From an uncultured virus (IMG/VR IMGVR_UViG_3300028888_000068) (Duplodnaviria; Heunggongvirae; Uroviricota; Caudoviricetes): a stretch of 64,000 bases of DNA. Of the stretch, positions 1 through 10,467 are shown piece after piece. The stretch is taken from the IMG/VR virus record IMGVR_UViG_3300028888_000068. One strand, given 5' to 3'. The notes under the pieces were generated by a model. That model was not told where the DNA came from, did not search any database, and saw only the letters and a program-made list of their open reading frames with translations. Made by a program: the position numbers and the translations under genes. Numbering within the stretch: the stretch's first letter is position 1; every line of letters starts with the position of its first letter.

Positions 1-2250
1 CAAAATATTACAGCGACGGTAGGTGGCTCGTCAGGGGCGGCAACTTTAACATTAACTGGTCCAGACCTTAGCTCTTATCTAACCTCATCATCCACCTTAG
101 ATGCTACGAAACTCAGCGGAACAATCCCTTCTTCCTGCTATACAGATACAGATACCGATATACGTTTTGCAGATTTCTTTGGTTCTTGTAGTACTGCTGC
201 ATCGACAGCAGAAAAAGTGACCTCAAATAATTCAAAAACTCTTGCGGCGTCGGATCTAGTTGACGGCTTGACTGCTATCATATATCATTCTACAGCAAAC
301 TCTGCCAGTTATCCAACTCTTAATGTTGGTGGGTCGGGAGCTAAGACTGTATACGGTGCGACAGGTAACTCTAGATTAACTGGCAATACGGCTTGGGCAC
401 AGTACGATATTATACGTTGGGTATATGATGCTGGACAAGGCGGATGGAGAAAGAATGCAGTACTTGGAAATGGAACCAGTCATCGATTAAGGCTACTAAC
501 TGATAGGGCTCCACTGTATTCATTTACAGAGACATCATTATCTAAAGGAACAACATCTGGTAGTGGTAATGCTGTAACAGATATTTCTGTTTCTGGTCAT
601 ACTATTACCCTAACTAAAGGAAAAACATTTCTTGAATCTGAAACTTATAAAGGCACTGTAACCTCTATAACCCTAACATCTGGTACTGGTATAACAGTTA
701 GTGATTCTGGGACTGCGATAACGTCAAGTGGAAGTAGAACTATCTCCTTGGCATCTGTATCGGGATTAACTGCAGGAACATACAAAAGTGTTACTGTAGA
801 TACCTACGGAAGAGTTACAGCTGGAACTAATCCAACAACTCTTAGTGGATATGGGATTACAGATGCTAAGATTGCTAGTGGCGTTATTACCCTTGGGAGC
901 AACACTATTACCCCACTAACCTCATCATCTACCTTAAATGCTACAAAGCTTAGTGGTACCATTCCTACATCGTGTTATACAAATACTGATATTCGTTTTG
1001 CAGATTATTTTGGTGAATCTACTACTGCTGCTAGTACAGTTGCAAAAACAACAACAAATAATTCTCCAGCATCAGTTACCCTAGCTACGGGTCTTTGTGC
1101 TATTATATGGCACCAATATAAAAATAGCGCATCCAATGCTACACTTAATGTTGCCGGATCAGGCGCTAAAGCCGCATATAATGCAGCTGGAACAAGGATA
1201 TCTGGATCAACTGGTACGTGGACAGCAGGAGATATTATTAGGTGGGTTTATGATGCATCTTTAAACTCTGGTTCTGGTGGATGGAAAATTAGTGCAATTT
1301 TAGGTAACGGAGACTCACATAGATTTAGGGTCCTTACCGGTGGAAAAACTCCGCTATATTCAGAAACAACCCTCGATAGTATTTCTGATGGCTCAACTAG
1401 AAAATTAGCAAACTACCTTCCTCTTTCTGGTGGCACTATGACGGGGGATATTACCCTAAACGGTGTTTCAATTCTTCCTTCAACGGATGCCACGAATGGT
1501 GCAACTTCTGGATTAGGTTACTTAGGATCAAGTTCAAGACGATTTAGAGCAGGATATATACGAGATATTTTCACATCATACTTTAATTTTATAGATGGAG
1601 ATACTGCTGCTACTCTCGGAAGTATTAATTTCATGTCGGGAGCGGCATTCCTACGTCCTGTCGATGAAACTGATAGTAATAAATTTTTTGATTATAAGTT
1701 TTATGTAAATTCTACAAGCAATGGATTTTTCTACGAAGAAGGAACAGGTGTTTGTGTTCCTCTTGGTAAGTCCGACCATCGTTGGAGCAAAGTATGGGCC
1801 ACAGATGCTGATTTTTCTGGCAGCCTTGTGATTGGTGGCAACATCGTTCCGTCCGCCGACCTCGGCTCCCAGCTCGGTTACTCCAATAGGCGGTTCTCCA
1901 ACTTGAATGTGAGGACTATCGGAAGTGTTAAGGAAATCAATTTCAAGGATTCAAACAATTCTGCCACGACCGGATATTTGTCGTTCGCTAACGGATGGAT
2001 GATTCTCCGTTCCGGGGCGGACTTGAACAGCTCCTACAAGCAGATTACCTTCCACGAAACTTACGGCTTATATCCAGAAACGGCCGGGGTTAATCTTGGC
2101 TACAACGGGACGAACTACCGCTGGGCAAATGTTTATGCCGTTAATGGAAATTTCTCTGGAACAATTACTGCAAACGGACAGACTGTACTTGATGAATCTA
2201 TGGCACTGACTACTTCTGAAATTGATACAATCCTCGCTAATGCAACTTAA
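1..2250 (+). CDS. Tail fibre / receptor-binding protein (5' partial)
   Basis: Frame is open from base 1. G/S/T-rich, with VTVDTYGRVT and YLPLSGGT fibre motifs, an internally duplicated ~150-aa domain, and C-terminus LTTSEIDTI. Confidence 0.8.
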   Translation, partial: QNITATVGGSSGAATLTLTGPDLSSYLTSSSTLDATKLSGTIPSSCYTDTDTDIRFADFFGSCSTAASTAEKVTSNNSKTLAASDLVDGLTAIIYHSTANSASYPTLNVGGSGAKTVYGATGNSRLTGNTAWAQYDIIRWVYDAGQGGWRKNAVLGNGTSHRLRLLTDRAPLYSFTETSLSKGTTSGSGNAVTDISVSGHTITLTKGKTFLESETYKGTVTSITLTSGTGITVSDSGTAITSSGSRTISLASVSGLTAGTYKSVTVDTYGRVTAGTNPTTLSGYGITDAKIASGVITLGSNTITPLTSSSTLNATKLSGTIPTSCYTNTDIRFADYFGESTTAASTVAKTTTNNSPASVTLATGLCAIIWHQYKNSASNATLNVAGSGAKAAYNAAGTRISGSTGTWTAGDIIRWVYDASLNSGSGGWKISAILGNGDSHRFRVLTGGKTPLYSETTLDSISDGSTRKLANYLPLSGGTMTGDITLNGVSILPSTDATNGATSGLGYLGSSSRRFRAGYIRDIFTSYFNFIDGDTAATLGSINFMSGAAFLRPVDETDSNKFFDYKFYVNSTSNGFFYEEGTGVCVPLGKSDHRWSKVWATDADFSGSLVIGGNIVPSADLGSQLGYSNRRFSNLNVRTIGSVKEINFKDSNNSATTGYLSFANGWMILRSGADLNSSYKQITFHETYGLYPETAGVNLGYNGTNYRWANVYAVNGNFSGTITANGQTVLDESMALTTSEIDTILANAT

Positions 2251-2265
2251 TAGGAGATACATGAT

Positions 2266-3618
2266 ATGGCAAAATATTTATCATACTCTGGTCTTCAAAA
2301 AGTATGGGCTAAGATAAAAGCAAATTTTGTATCAGCACTAGGAACAAACGGTAATTATCTTACGTGGACAAAAAATGGGACAACTAATAATATAACCGTC
2401 CCATTTGCTACCACATCGTCAAAAATAGGAAGCACAACTGTTGGTTCATCTACAAGACCTGTTTATATAAGTTCAGGTACACCAACAGCAATATCTTATG
2501 TAGGTGATAATTATCTTAGTTGGGGAGACACAGCTATTACGGGGAGCTTTACTGTCGGTGATTGTATTTTTAATGAATATATAAGTCCAAATAGATTTGC
2601 CGGACTAAAAGCCGCTGGAATAACCGCCGAATATAGTCGAGATTCTGGTGCGACTTGGGTAGATTATGAGGCGTCTGATATATCCAAACGCAGACTGTTT
2701 ACTACTCGCACCGCATCATTTAGAGTCGGCGGAGAGTATACAGCAGCAGATAAGTCCGGATGTCAGCTTAGAATTACTATAGATACATCAGCCGGCGGAA
2801 TATATACGACTCTTTATAAATTTCACATATACGTATCCACAAACTATAGTCAGAATTGTAAAGTAACTATTAAAGCCGCCTTAGGAAATAACGAAACAAA
2901 TTTTTCAAAAGTAATCTGTGAAAATCAACCTATATCTGGCTGGAGCGGATGGAATGTTATACCCATCTCTGGCGGCCTAACTACTTATGGAAATACGCTA
3001 AGCTCTCAGTATAAGAAGATTCAGTTTACTTTTACACAGACCGGGCTATCTGATACAACAAAAACAACTGCTGGACTTAATGTAATATCTATCTTTGGTT
3101 TTGGTGGACAGGGCTGGGCTACTCCGTCTAATATGGCAATGAACGGACACGCTTATTCCTATGATGGAGATATGAGTGTAACCTTTCCAGCAAATATAAC
3201 AGCCACAACTACAGGATATGGAGTTATTACAGCACTAAAGTTTGTAAAATCTGGTGGCACGTCTAGTCAATTTCTTAAGGCAGATGGTTCAGTAGATTCA
3301 AATACTTATGCAACTACATCTAGTCTTGGATCATATCTTCCTTTATCTGGCGGAACATTAACCGGAGCCACTAACCCTCTCTTGGTATTAAATGGAACTG
3401 GAAGTCAAGAAACTGCTATTCAATTTCGTAGAAGTAATACAGTAAAGGGTTGGGTTGGATACAGAGATAATTATGGGATATATCTATATAACTCAGCTAG
3501 ATCTAAATACCTTCAATATAAGGACGATGGTACGTTATTATTTGAAGAAAAAACAGTTTATCACTCTGGAAATCTCCTAGAGCTTGGTACGTCAGAAATA
3601 GAAACTATTTGTGTATAA
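2266..3618 (+). CDS. Tail fibre-like protein
   Basis: FLKADGS and YLPLSGGT motifs; N-terminus MAKYLSYSGLQKVW, C-terminus LGTSEIETICV. Confidence 0.8.
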   Translation: MAKYLSYSGLQKVWAKIKANFVSALGTNGNYLTWTKNGTTNNITVPFATTSSKIGSTTVGSSTRPVYISSGTPTAISYVGDNYLSWGDTAITGSFTVGDCIFNEYISPNRFAGLKAAGITAEYSRDSGATWVDYEASDISKRRLFTTRTASFRVGGEYTAADKSGCQLRITIDTSAGGIYTTLYKFHIYVSTNYSQNCKVTIKAALGNNETNFSKVICENQPISGWSGWNVIPISGGLTTYGNTLSSQYKKIQFTFTQTGLSDTTKTTAGLNVISIFGFGGQGWATPSNMAMNGHAYSYDGDMSVTFPANITATTTGYGVITALKFVKSGGTSSQFLKADGSVDSNTYATTSSLGSYLPLSGGTLTGATNPLLVLNGTGSQETAIQFRRSNTVKGWVGYRDNYGIYLYNSARSKYLQYKDDGTLLFEEKTVYHSGNLLELGTSEIETICV

Positions 3619-3648
3619 AAAACAATAATTAACTAAATCTAATTTATA

Positions 3649-6054
3649 ATGGCAAAATATTTATCATATGGCGGTCTCGAAAAAGTATGGGGACTGGCTA
3701 AAAACTATTTTCCAACAGTTAAAACAGCTACTGCCAATGGAACAGAAGTAACCTGGCAAACTAATGATGGAATTTCGGCAGGTAATGTTGCTACCTTTGC
3801 AGTAGATGCTAATGGCTTGGTTAGTCTTCAGGGTATTACAGCTAGCTCTCTAGCTTCCAGTCATACTCATGCTCTTAGTATTGCAGCAGACTCTGGCAAT
3901 AGTCAGCTTGATATGAGTGCTAACACTACGTATAAGTTGACTGCTGGCGGAAGTACATTTATATTCAAAACTCCGGCGCACCAAGCCCACCAAACTTTAG
4001 GACTTATTGTTGCAGCTTCAGCAACGTCTAATTCAGAATCAGGGACTAGGGGAAATACTACAACCTTTGTCAATCTCTTAGGCGGTGGCACTCTTAAAGA
4101 CAGTGTTCAGTTTACAGGATCAGGGAGCGTGTCTGTTACTGGTGCTAATGGAAAAGTTACTATAACAGGCTCTCATCAAGATTGGGGCCTAGTTGCAGCC
4201 GGTTCGTCTGGAGCGGCTAATGTAACTACGACCACATCAGATCCATACATAAACCTAGTTAAAGGGGAAACGCCAACATTCGATTCAGGTGTTCAGCTTA
4301 AAGGAAGTAATAATGTTACTGTTTCTGCTAATGGAGGAACTATTACTATTTCTGGCAAGGCAAATACAGTAACTGGTCCTAGTTTAACCGCTAATCAGAT
4401 AATTTTAGGAAATGGTAGTAGCGCCGTCAAAGCTAGCGGAAAAACTATAGCTACTACCCTAGGCTCTGATGATTCAACAGTTCCTACCTCAAAGGCCGTA
4501 GCTACTGCAATTTCTAATGCTACTTCAGGACTCTCTGGGGCTATGCACTTTATTGGAACCTCGTCTGATACAATGACAGACGGCCAAACAACAAATCCAA
4601 CTGTCACAGGGGTTTCAGCGTTCTCCGCCGGTGATGTAGTTGTTGATGCTACAGAAACTGAGTTCGTACTTGGTAATGAGGAAACACCAAAGTGGCATAA
4701 ACTAGGTGATGCTAAATCATATGCACTTAGCAGTGTTAGTATTACGGGAACAGGTGCCTTAGGTGGTGGCGGAACTCTTGCTTCTAGTAGAACCATAACA
4801 CATAATACTTCTGGTGTTACTGCCGGGAGTGCTGGTCCGACAGCTGCTGTTTCTGGGGCAAATGCAATAAGTGTTCCAAGAATAACGGTTGACGAGTATG
4901 GTCACGTAACAGCGCTTTCTTCTCAGACTTATACTGGCGTGGCGGCGGCAGGGACTGGAAGAATGACAATTTCTGCCAATGCTGGAACAGCAGTAAGTAC
5001 CCTATTTACTGCAAACGTAAGTAGTGCCACAAATGCTATTGATTTTACACAAGGCACCGGAATTACAACCGCCGTTACTGCATATTCTGGAACAACGCCA
5101 GCAAAGGTAACTATCACACATGCAGCTCCTGGAACTGGTTCGGCAATGACCACTACGGATGGTGATGCATCGGCTGCCTCTGCTGGATCGACCTATGCAG
5201 TTATAACTGGAGTTACTGTATCTAAAGATAGTCTTGGCCATATTACAGAAGTTTCTACAACAAGACAGAATATTGTATCTGACTCACATCATCAGGCAAA
5301 GAATGTTGTTGCTACTACGAATGCAAAGACTGCAAATGAGGCAACAGCAAATACGACTACTTTCTTAAATCTGGTCGAAAACGGGTCGGTTCGTAGCTCT
5401 CACCAAATTAAAGGTGCGGGCGGTGTTTCAGTAGCTTCTACCGCGGCTGGGGTTATTACTATTACTGGAACAACTTATACAGTAAATAACGCAACTCTTA
5501 GTTTACAGGGTACTTCTGGAAATGCAACCTCTACTGGATTTAGTGCCAATGGAAATACAAATACTACGCTTAAATTTGCTGTTACGGGGAGTGCAGTTAC
5601 AGGAGTTACTACTACTGCTGCTTCGGATGGGGTTGCAACAATAACAATTGCTTCTGCAAGTTCTCTCAAGAACCCAAATTCTTTCACGGTTGGAACTAAG
5701 GCATCTAGTACTGGAACAGCTACTAATTTTGTTACATATGACGGCTCAGCATCTGGAAAGGCAATCTACTTCTCAACGGCAGCAAAAAGTACTACAAATG
5801 TTCAGTTTGCAGTTGATGCTAATGGATTTGTAACTGGTACCGTAAATGATTCTGGAAATACAGCATCACTTAAGGTCTCTGATGCAACAAATAGAAAAAT
5901 TAGCACTACAGAAACTTCATCTAAATACATTCAATTTACAGGTGGAACTAATAAATTTACTGTAACAGATGGGACTAGTTCTTTTGACGTTTCTGTTGCT
6001 AATGGAATGGAAGAAATAACAGAGGCTGAGATTAATACAGTTTGTGTAATCTAA
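3649..6054 (+). CDS. Tail fibre-like protein
   Basis: T/S/G/A-rich; ITVDEYGHVT and KDSLGHIT repeats; termini shared with neighbouring genes. Confidence 0.8.
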   Translation: MAKYLSYGGLEKVWGLAKNYFPTVKTATANGTEVTWQTNDGISAGNVATFAVDANGLVSLQGITASSLASSHTHALSIAADSGNSQLDMSANTTYKLTAGGSTFIFKTPAHQAHQTLGLIVAASATSNSESGTRGNTTTFVNLLGGGTLKDSVQFTGSGSVSVTGANGKVTITGSHQDWGLVAAGSSGAANVTTTTSDPYINLVKGETPTFDSGVQLKGSNNVTVSANGGTITISGKANTVTGPSLTANQIILGNGSSAVKASGKTIATTLGSDDSTVPTSKAVATAISNATSGLSGAMHFIGTSSDTMTDGQTTNPTVTGVSAFSAGDVVVDATETEFVLGNEETPKWHKLGDAKSYALSSVSITGTGALGGGGTLASSRTITHNTSGVTAGSAGPTAAVSGANAISVPRITVDEYGHVTALSSQTYTGVAAAGTGRMTISANAGTAVSTLFTANVSSATNAIDFTQGTGITTAVTAYSGTTPAKVTITHAAPGTGSAMTTTDGDASAASAGSTYAVITGVTVSKDSLGHITEVSTTRQNIVSDSHHQAKNVVATTNAKTANEATANTTTFLNLVENGSVRSSHQIKGAGGVSVASTAAGVITITGTTYTVNNATLSLQGTSGNATSTGFSANGNTNTTLKFAVTGSAVTGVTTTAASDGVATITIASASSLKNPNSFTVGTKASSTGTATNFVTYDGSASGKAIYFSTAAKSTTNVQFAVDANGFVTGTVNDSGNTASLKVSDATNRKISTTETSSKYIQFTGGTNKFTVTDGTSSFDVSVANGMEEITEAEINTVCVI

Positions 6055-6077
6055 TTTTATATATAGTCTAATTTATT

Positions 6078-8093
6078 ATGGCAAATTTTCTTGATCAAAC
6101 TGGTCTAGGTATTGTATGGGCCAGAATTAAAGCTAAATTTATTGCTCAGCCTGCAGCTAATACAGTAACCGCAGAGCATGTTGCTACATTCACAAAGACT
6201 GGTTCCGGCGAGAACACAGTAATTGGTGTTCAAGATTCAGGCTTTACTATTGCTTCTAGTGTTCCTCAGAATGCCGTCTTTACTGATGAGCATACCACAA
6301 AGGCTGGTCACTATGATGCTTCGGCAGATGAATATACTCCTACTGCCAATAATACAAACCTAGCCTGGGAAGCCGCTGTTATTACTGGAATTTCAAAGGA
6401 TAGTAAAGGCCATATCACAGAAGTCTTTACAACTAAACTTCCAGCTAATCCAGTAGACCCCAATACTGTTACTTCCGGAGATACCTTAACAGCCGACAAG
6501 GTTATCCTAGGCGCAGGTTCTAAGGGCATTAAAGCTTCTACTTATGGACTTGGTGGCGCTAATTTCGAAGCTACACCATCCAGTACCACACTTGCAACTG
6601 AGCAGGGTGTTCTAAATTATGTAACTGATGCCGTCGCTGGTCTAGCCGGAGCTATGCACTTTGTTGGAATGACAGAAGACACGATGACTGATGGGGCTAC
6701 AACAAATCCCACTATCTCGGGTGTCTCTTCATTCGCTGCAGGTGATGTGGTTATTGATGCTACTGAAACTGAATTTGTCTTTGGTACAGACTCTAAGTGG
6801 CATAAACTAGGTGATGCGAATTCTTATGCTCTCGCCAATAATGTAGTTAATTCATGGCAGGGTACTGGTGATTCTTATATTACCGTTGTTCCTACATCTG
6901 CTACAAAGGGTGCAGTCAGCGCTACATTTACTCACGCCCTAGTTTCTAATGGTGCATATTCTGCTAAGGGCTCTACTACAAAGGTCCCTCAGATTACTAC
7001 AGATGCCGCCGGTCACGTTACATTAATTTCAGAACAGGATATTGCATTCCCTGTAATTAGTGTTGCCGGAAAGACTGGTGCTGTTGTCTTAGATAGCTTC
7101 AAAGTTGGTACAAAGAATGGTTCTGCTGCAGCTGTCGACCAGGTTGAATATAATGGTTCCGCCGCGAAGAGCTTATACTTCTCATCTGCTGAAGCTACAG
7201 AGACAAATGTTCAGTTCTCCGTAAGTGAAGATGGTATTGTAACAGGTACCGTTTCCGCTGCTGCAACTCCTGGTAATGGCGCACTTAAAGTTCAAGGTAC
7301 ATCAGGAAATGCTACAGCTACTGGATTTACTGCAAATGCTAGCTCTGATGGAACAATCGTATTTGCAAAGACTGGTGATTCTATTTCTGGAATTACTACT
7401 TCCGGTGGAACAGTAACCATTGCTGGCGTTGACTCCTTAAAGAACCCTAATGCTCTCAATGTTTCTGCCGGTGCTTATTCTGGTACCGCTGGAGCTCTTG
7501 CTGATGGCTATGATGGTTCTGCTACAAAGAGCCTCATCTTCGATAATACTGCCGCTGCTGCTCCTGCAAACGTCTCTTCTACTGGAAACATTCAGTTTAC
7601 AGTTGCTACTGACGGTCATATCAAGGGTGAATTCAAACTCCCTGAGAATGCATTCAAGGATACAACTTATTCCACTGGTGTAGGTCTCGATTATTCTGGA
7701 ACTGAGTTTAAGGCTCACCTCAAAGACGAAACTGCCAATTCTGGAGCATCTGCAAGAAGCACCTCTTCTGATGGTGGTTTATATGCTATTGAGGTTGATA
7801 GTAATGGTGATCTTGCTGTACGCGTTCCTTGGACAGATACTAATACTATAGCATCTGGATTTACTGCTTCTGGTGAGGCCGATAGTGGAGAGCATGATGG
7901 TGCTGTAACTGCTACTATTACTAATCTAACTGGTAGCACACAAAGCACTGTTACCGGCTATATTCCTGTTGCTACTACTTCTACATCTGGTGTTATGTCT
8001 GCCGGAATGAAGACAAAGCTGGACGGAATCGAGGCAGGTGCTACTAATGATGGTGCATTAACTGAGGCTGAAATCATTGCAGCTTGTTCATAA
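6078..8093 (+). CDS. Tail fibre-like protein
   Basis: KDSKGHIT, TDAAGHVT and GVMSAGMKTKLDGI motifs; shares modules with 3649..6054. Confidence 0.8.
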   Translation: MANFLDQTGLGIVWARIKAKFIAQPAANTVTAEHVATFTKTGSGENTVIGVQDSGFTIASSVPQNAVFTDEHTTKAGHYDASADEYTPTANNTNLAWEAAVITGISKDSKGHITEVFTTKLPANPVDPNTVTSGDTLTADKVILGAGSKGIKASTYGLGGANFEATPSSTTLATEQGVLNYVTDAVAGLAGAMHFVGMTEDTMTDGATTNPTISGVSSFAAGDVVIDATETEFVFGTDSKWHKLGDANSYALANNVVNSWQGTGDSYITVVPTSATKGAVSATFTHALVSNGAYSAKGSTTKVPQITTDAAGHVTLISEQDIAFPVISVAGKTGAVVLDSFKVGTKNGSAAAVDQVEYNGSAAKSLYFSSAEATETNVQFSVSEDGIVTGTVSAAATPGNGALKVQGTSGNATATGFTANASSDGTIVFAKTGDSISGITTSGGTVTIAGVDSLKNPNALNVSAGAYSGTAGALADGYDGSATKSLIFDNTAAAAPANVSSTGNIQFTVATDGHIKGEFKLPENAFKDTTYSTGVGLDYSGTEFKAHLKDETANSGASARSTSSDGGLYAIEVDSNGDLAVRVPWTDTNTIASGFTASGEADSGEHDGAVTATITNLTGSTQSTVTGYIPVATTSTSGVMSAGMKTKLDGIEAGATNDGALTEAEIIAACS

Positions 8094-8137
8094 AAAAAAA
8101 TAGATAGGGTTAGACTAGTTCTTTCCCTATTTATTTT
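8093..8137. terminator. Bidirectional terminator at the convergence of structural and accessory genes
   Basis: ATAGGG/CCCTAT stem flanked by an A-run and a T-rich tract. Confidence 0.5.
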
Positions 8138-8471
8138 CCCACTTTCCTTCTACTTTTCGAACCCGCGGTTCAGGAGAGTATATGTTGTTAATATATATTG
8201 ATGACTCATATACTGGCGAATACATCAATATATAGTCTGCTCCAAGATATCCGCCTTCAAAAAATACTTCATTCTTTTTAATTATTTTATTTCTAGAATA
8301 TTCTTTTAGCCATCCAATATGAAAAACAATATTAACTCCAAGTGCAGCCTTTATAATTCCAAGATATTCCTTCCAGCCAGCATTTATACCAACAAAGAGA
8401 GGAAATCTGTCATATAGGTAAGTTTCTAATTCTCTGGTATTCATTCTAAAAAACTTCTCAACACTAATCAT
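8127..8471 (-). CDS. Hypothetical protein
   Basis: ORF in the minus-strand run; start trimmed to the ATG overlapping the upstream stop. Confidence 0.6.
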   Translation of the reverse strand: MISVEKFFRMNTRELETYLYDRFPLFVGINAGWKEYLGIIKAALGVNIVFHIGWLKEYSRNKIIKKNEVFFEGGYLGADYILMYSPVYESSIYINNIYSPEPRVRKVEGKWENK

Positions 8472-9081
8472 TAGAATAACCAGACTTAAGAAGCTCTGCC
8501 AATCTATCTCTTTCTTCTTTAAGTTTCTTTTCACAATCTACCAGTTCATCCTTCGCTCTCTTAATGTGAAATTCTGTTGAAGCTTTGGATTTTTCTAGTT
8601 TTTGTGCAAACTCTTTCTTCTTATTCTCATAAATTTTCCAAGGGTCATCTAGAAAAGACCTAATAGCGGCTTTTTGATTTTCTAGTTCATCTATTTTATT
8701 TTTTACTAGATAAGCCTCAGCCTCTGTTTTATTTTCTAGAATTATACATCCGGAGTTTCCTGGATGAATTGAGATAAGAACTTTAGGGACATAACTGAGA
8801 TTTAAACCAACACAAGTATATAGGACTGGAATAACAGCATCAGGTGAATAATGTACTATTATACACTCATCATAACGACTGCCTCGTCCTATATAGAGAG
8901 TCTTTACTTCTGGGTGTGCTTTTCTTATATCTTCAATTGACACATAGACAGCTGGATCTGGAGCTATAGATAAACCAAGCCCCTGTACACCATAATCGTA
9001 TACAGGGGAAGTGGTTATTCTTATATTTCTATTTTCATCTGCTGCTATCTTAGCTTTTTCTATATCTGTCCAGCTAAACAT
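8464..9081 (-). CDS. Hypothetical protein with C-terminal coiled coil
   Basis: 205-aa ORF overlapping both neighbours. Confidence 0.7.
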   Translation of the reverse strand: MFSWTDIEKAKIAADENRNIRITTSPVYDYGVQGLGLSIAPDPAVYVSIEDIRKAHPEVKTLYIGRGSRYDECIIVHYSPDAVIPVLYTCVGLNLSYVPKVLISIHPGNSGCIILENKTEAEAYLVKNKIDELENQKAAIRSFLDDPWKIYENKKKEFAQKLEKSKASTEFHIKRAKDELVDCEKKLKEERDRLAELLKSGYSND

Positions 9082-9388
9082 TTGTCCATTTTACTATTTT
9101 ATCTCCTTCTCTTTCTACCGGAGCCCACGCCCAATTCTTTCCATCTCTCTGTCTGATTCTAAAACTATTCATTCCAGATTCATACACAACGAGGACTGTC
9201 TTGGTGGTGTTCTCTGTATCAATTAGGTCTTCGAAGTCTTCTGGCATCTTTTTATCAGGGGTTATCCATTTCGTTTCTTCTGCAAAACTGATTCCCTTGC
9301 AGAAAGCGCCATACAGAGTGTCATGAGAGTCAACCATGTTCTTGATTCCACCCATCACTAACGAGATTTTGTAGTCTTTAAGTTTCAT
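9074..9388 (-). CDS. Hypothetical phage protein (DUF551-like WI...PE motif)
   Basis: KWITPDKKMPE...VKW; promoter-motif variant at 9410-9420. Confidence 0.6.
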   Translation of the reverse strand: MKLKDYKISLVMGGIKNMVDSHDTLYGAFCKGISFAEETKWITPDKKMPEDFEDLIDTENTTKTVLVVYESGMNSFRIRQRDGKNWAWAPVEREGDKIVKWTNV

Positions 9389-9412
9389 TGTTTTAGTATT
9401 TTATGTTGTCAA

Positions 9413-9721
9413 TTATAAGGAAATTGAGTCCCAGGATAAATATAGTTCGCCTTTCCTTGGATAATAATCTTGATAATAATATCTTGCATTTCCTAAAGAA
9501 GACCACACTATTATGTCAGAATATGTTTTAGTTATTATATCATACATAGGGAATTTATAACAATCCTTGTGCTTATATAAATCTATACTTCTTTTTATAG
9601 AGATATAGTATTTTTTCTTGCCTTTCGGAAATTTAAAATAGAATGAAAATTTTATTTCCAGAATTTCTAAACATTTATATAATTCTGGATCAAATAATAC
9701 TTCAGTTTTCGTTTTCATCAT
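9413..9721 (-). CDS. Hypothetical protein
   Basis: Starts at the promoter motif 9719-9728. Confidence 0.6.
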   Translation of the reverse strand: MMKTKTEVLFDPELYKCLEILEIKFSFYFKFPKGKKKYYISIKRSIDLYKHKDCYKFPMYDIITKTYSDIIVWSSLGNARYYYQDYYPRKGELYLSWDSISL

Positions 9722-9871
9722 TAATAAGAAAAAGAGAGGTTGAAGCCTCTCTTAGACACCAAAATTCATCTCTAAGATACTAAAATCTTAAGAGTTTTCC
9801 TAGTGCCAAATATCTATTTATCTATTACATTGGAAAGAACTCTAGTCGTTAGTGTATAGGGTTGTTATAAA

Positions 9872-10360
9872 TTACCACCTATTAGGATTTCCGTTCGGGA
9901 CAGCTTGTAATACATAGCTGCCGTTCGGTACCCAGTTTATTCCTCCACTAGAAAATGGCTGAGGATTATTAACTGGTACAAAAGTATTTCCATTTTGATA
10001 ATAGGCTGGCTGATTTGAATAGTAGTTGTCTTTCTTAAACAACCTAGAACCAGCATCTACTACCATAGAAAGTGATTGGGCGAACGTAAATAGTTTCCCA
10101 CAAGTTTCACCAGCTCCGCGAATTGCAGCTGAAATTGTTTCCGTATTAGATCTTTTAACCTCCTGGACTGGAGCCTGAGGAGCGTTATTAGATATTTCAG
10201 GCGGGAATGAACTTTTCTTATCATCACCACTTTTTTGCTGTGGCTTCTGTTGTGAATCACCACCTGATAGAGCCTGGCCTATGCCAATGAATACTGCCGT
10301 CCCCGCAACGACTGCTGTCAGAATTTTGAATCCAACTGTCGCAATTAATCTTACGTTCAT
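9872..10360 (-). CDS. Membrane-anchored hypothetical protein
   Basis: N-terminal hydrophobic helix; start trimmed to MNVRL. Confidence 0.65.
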   Translation of the reverse strand: MNVRLIATVGFKILTAVVAGTAVFIGIGQALSGGDSQQKPQQKSGDDKKSSFPPEISNNAPQAPVQEVKRSNTETISAAIRGAGETCGKLFTFAQSLSMVVDAGSRLFKKDNYYSNQPAYYQNGNTFVPVNNPQPFSSGGINWVPNGSYVLQAVPNGNPNRW

Positions 10361-10467
10361 TTTACTTAGAATTCTTTCTTTAATAAATTTAGTTAAACTT
10401 TTTTCATACGCTTTTAAATTTTGAATTTGCAATTTTGAAATTTGTTTTGGAGATTTGTGCACTATCT

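Noticed and set aside
3903..7948. Multiple antisense and alternate-frame ORFs within the fibre genes
   Set aside because: Expected shadows of T/A/G/S-rich coding sequence.
1..8093. Diversity-generating retroelement or invertase shufflon acting on the fibres
   Set aside because: No reverse transcriptase, recombinase, adenine-specific repeat pair or inverted cassettes visible in the window.
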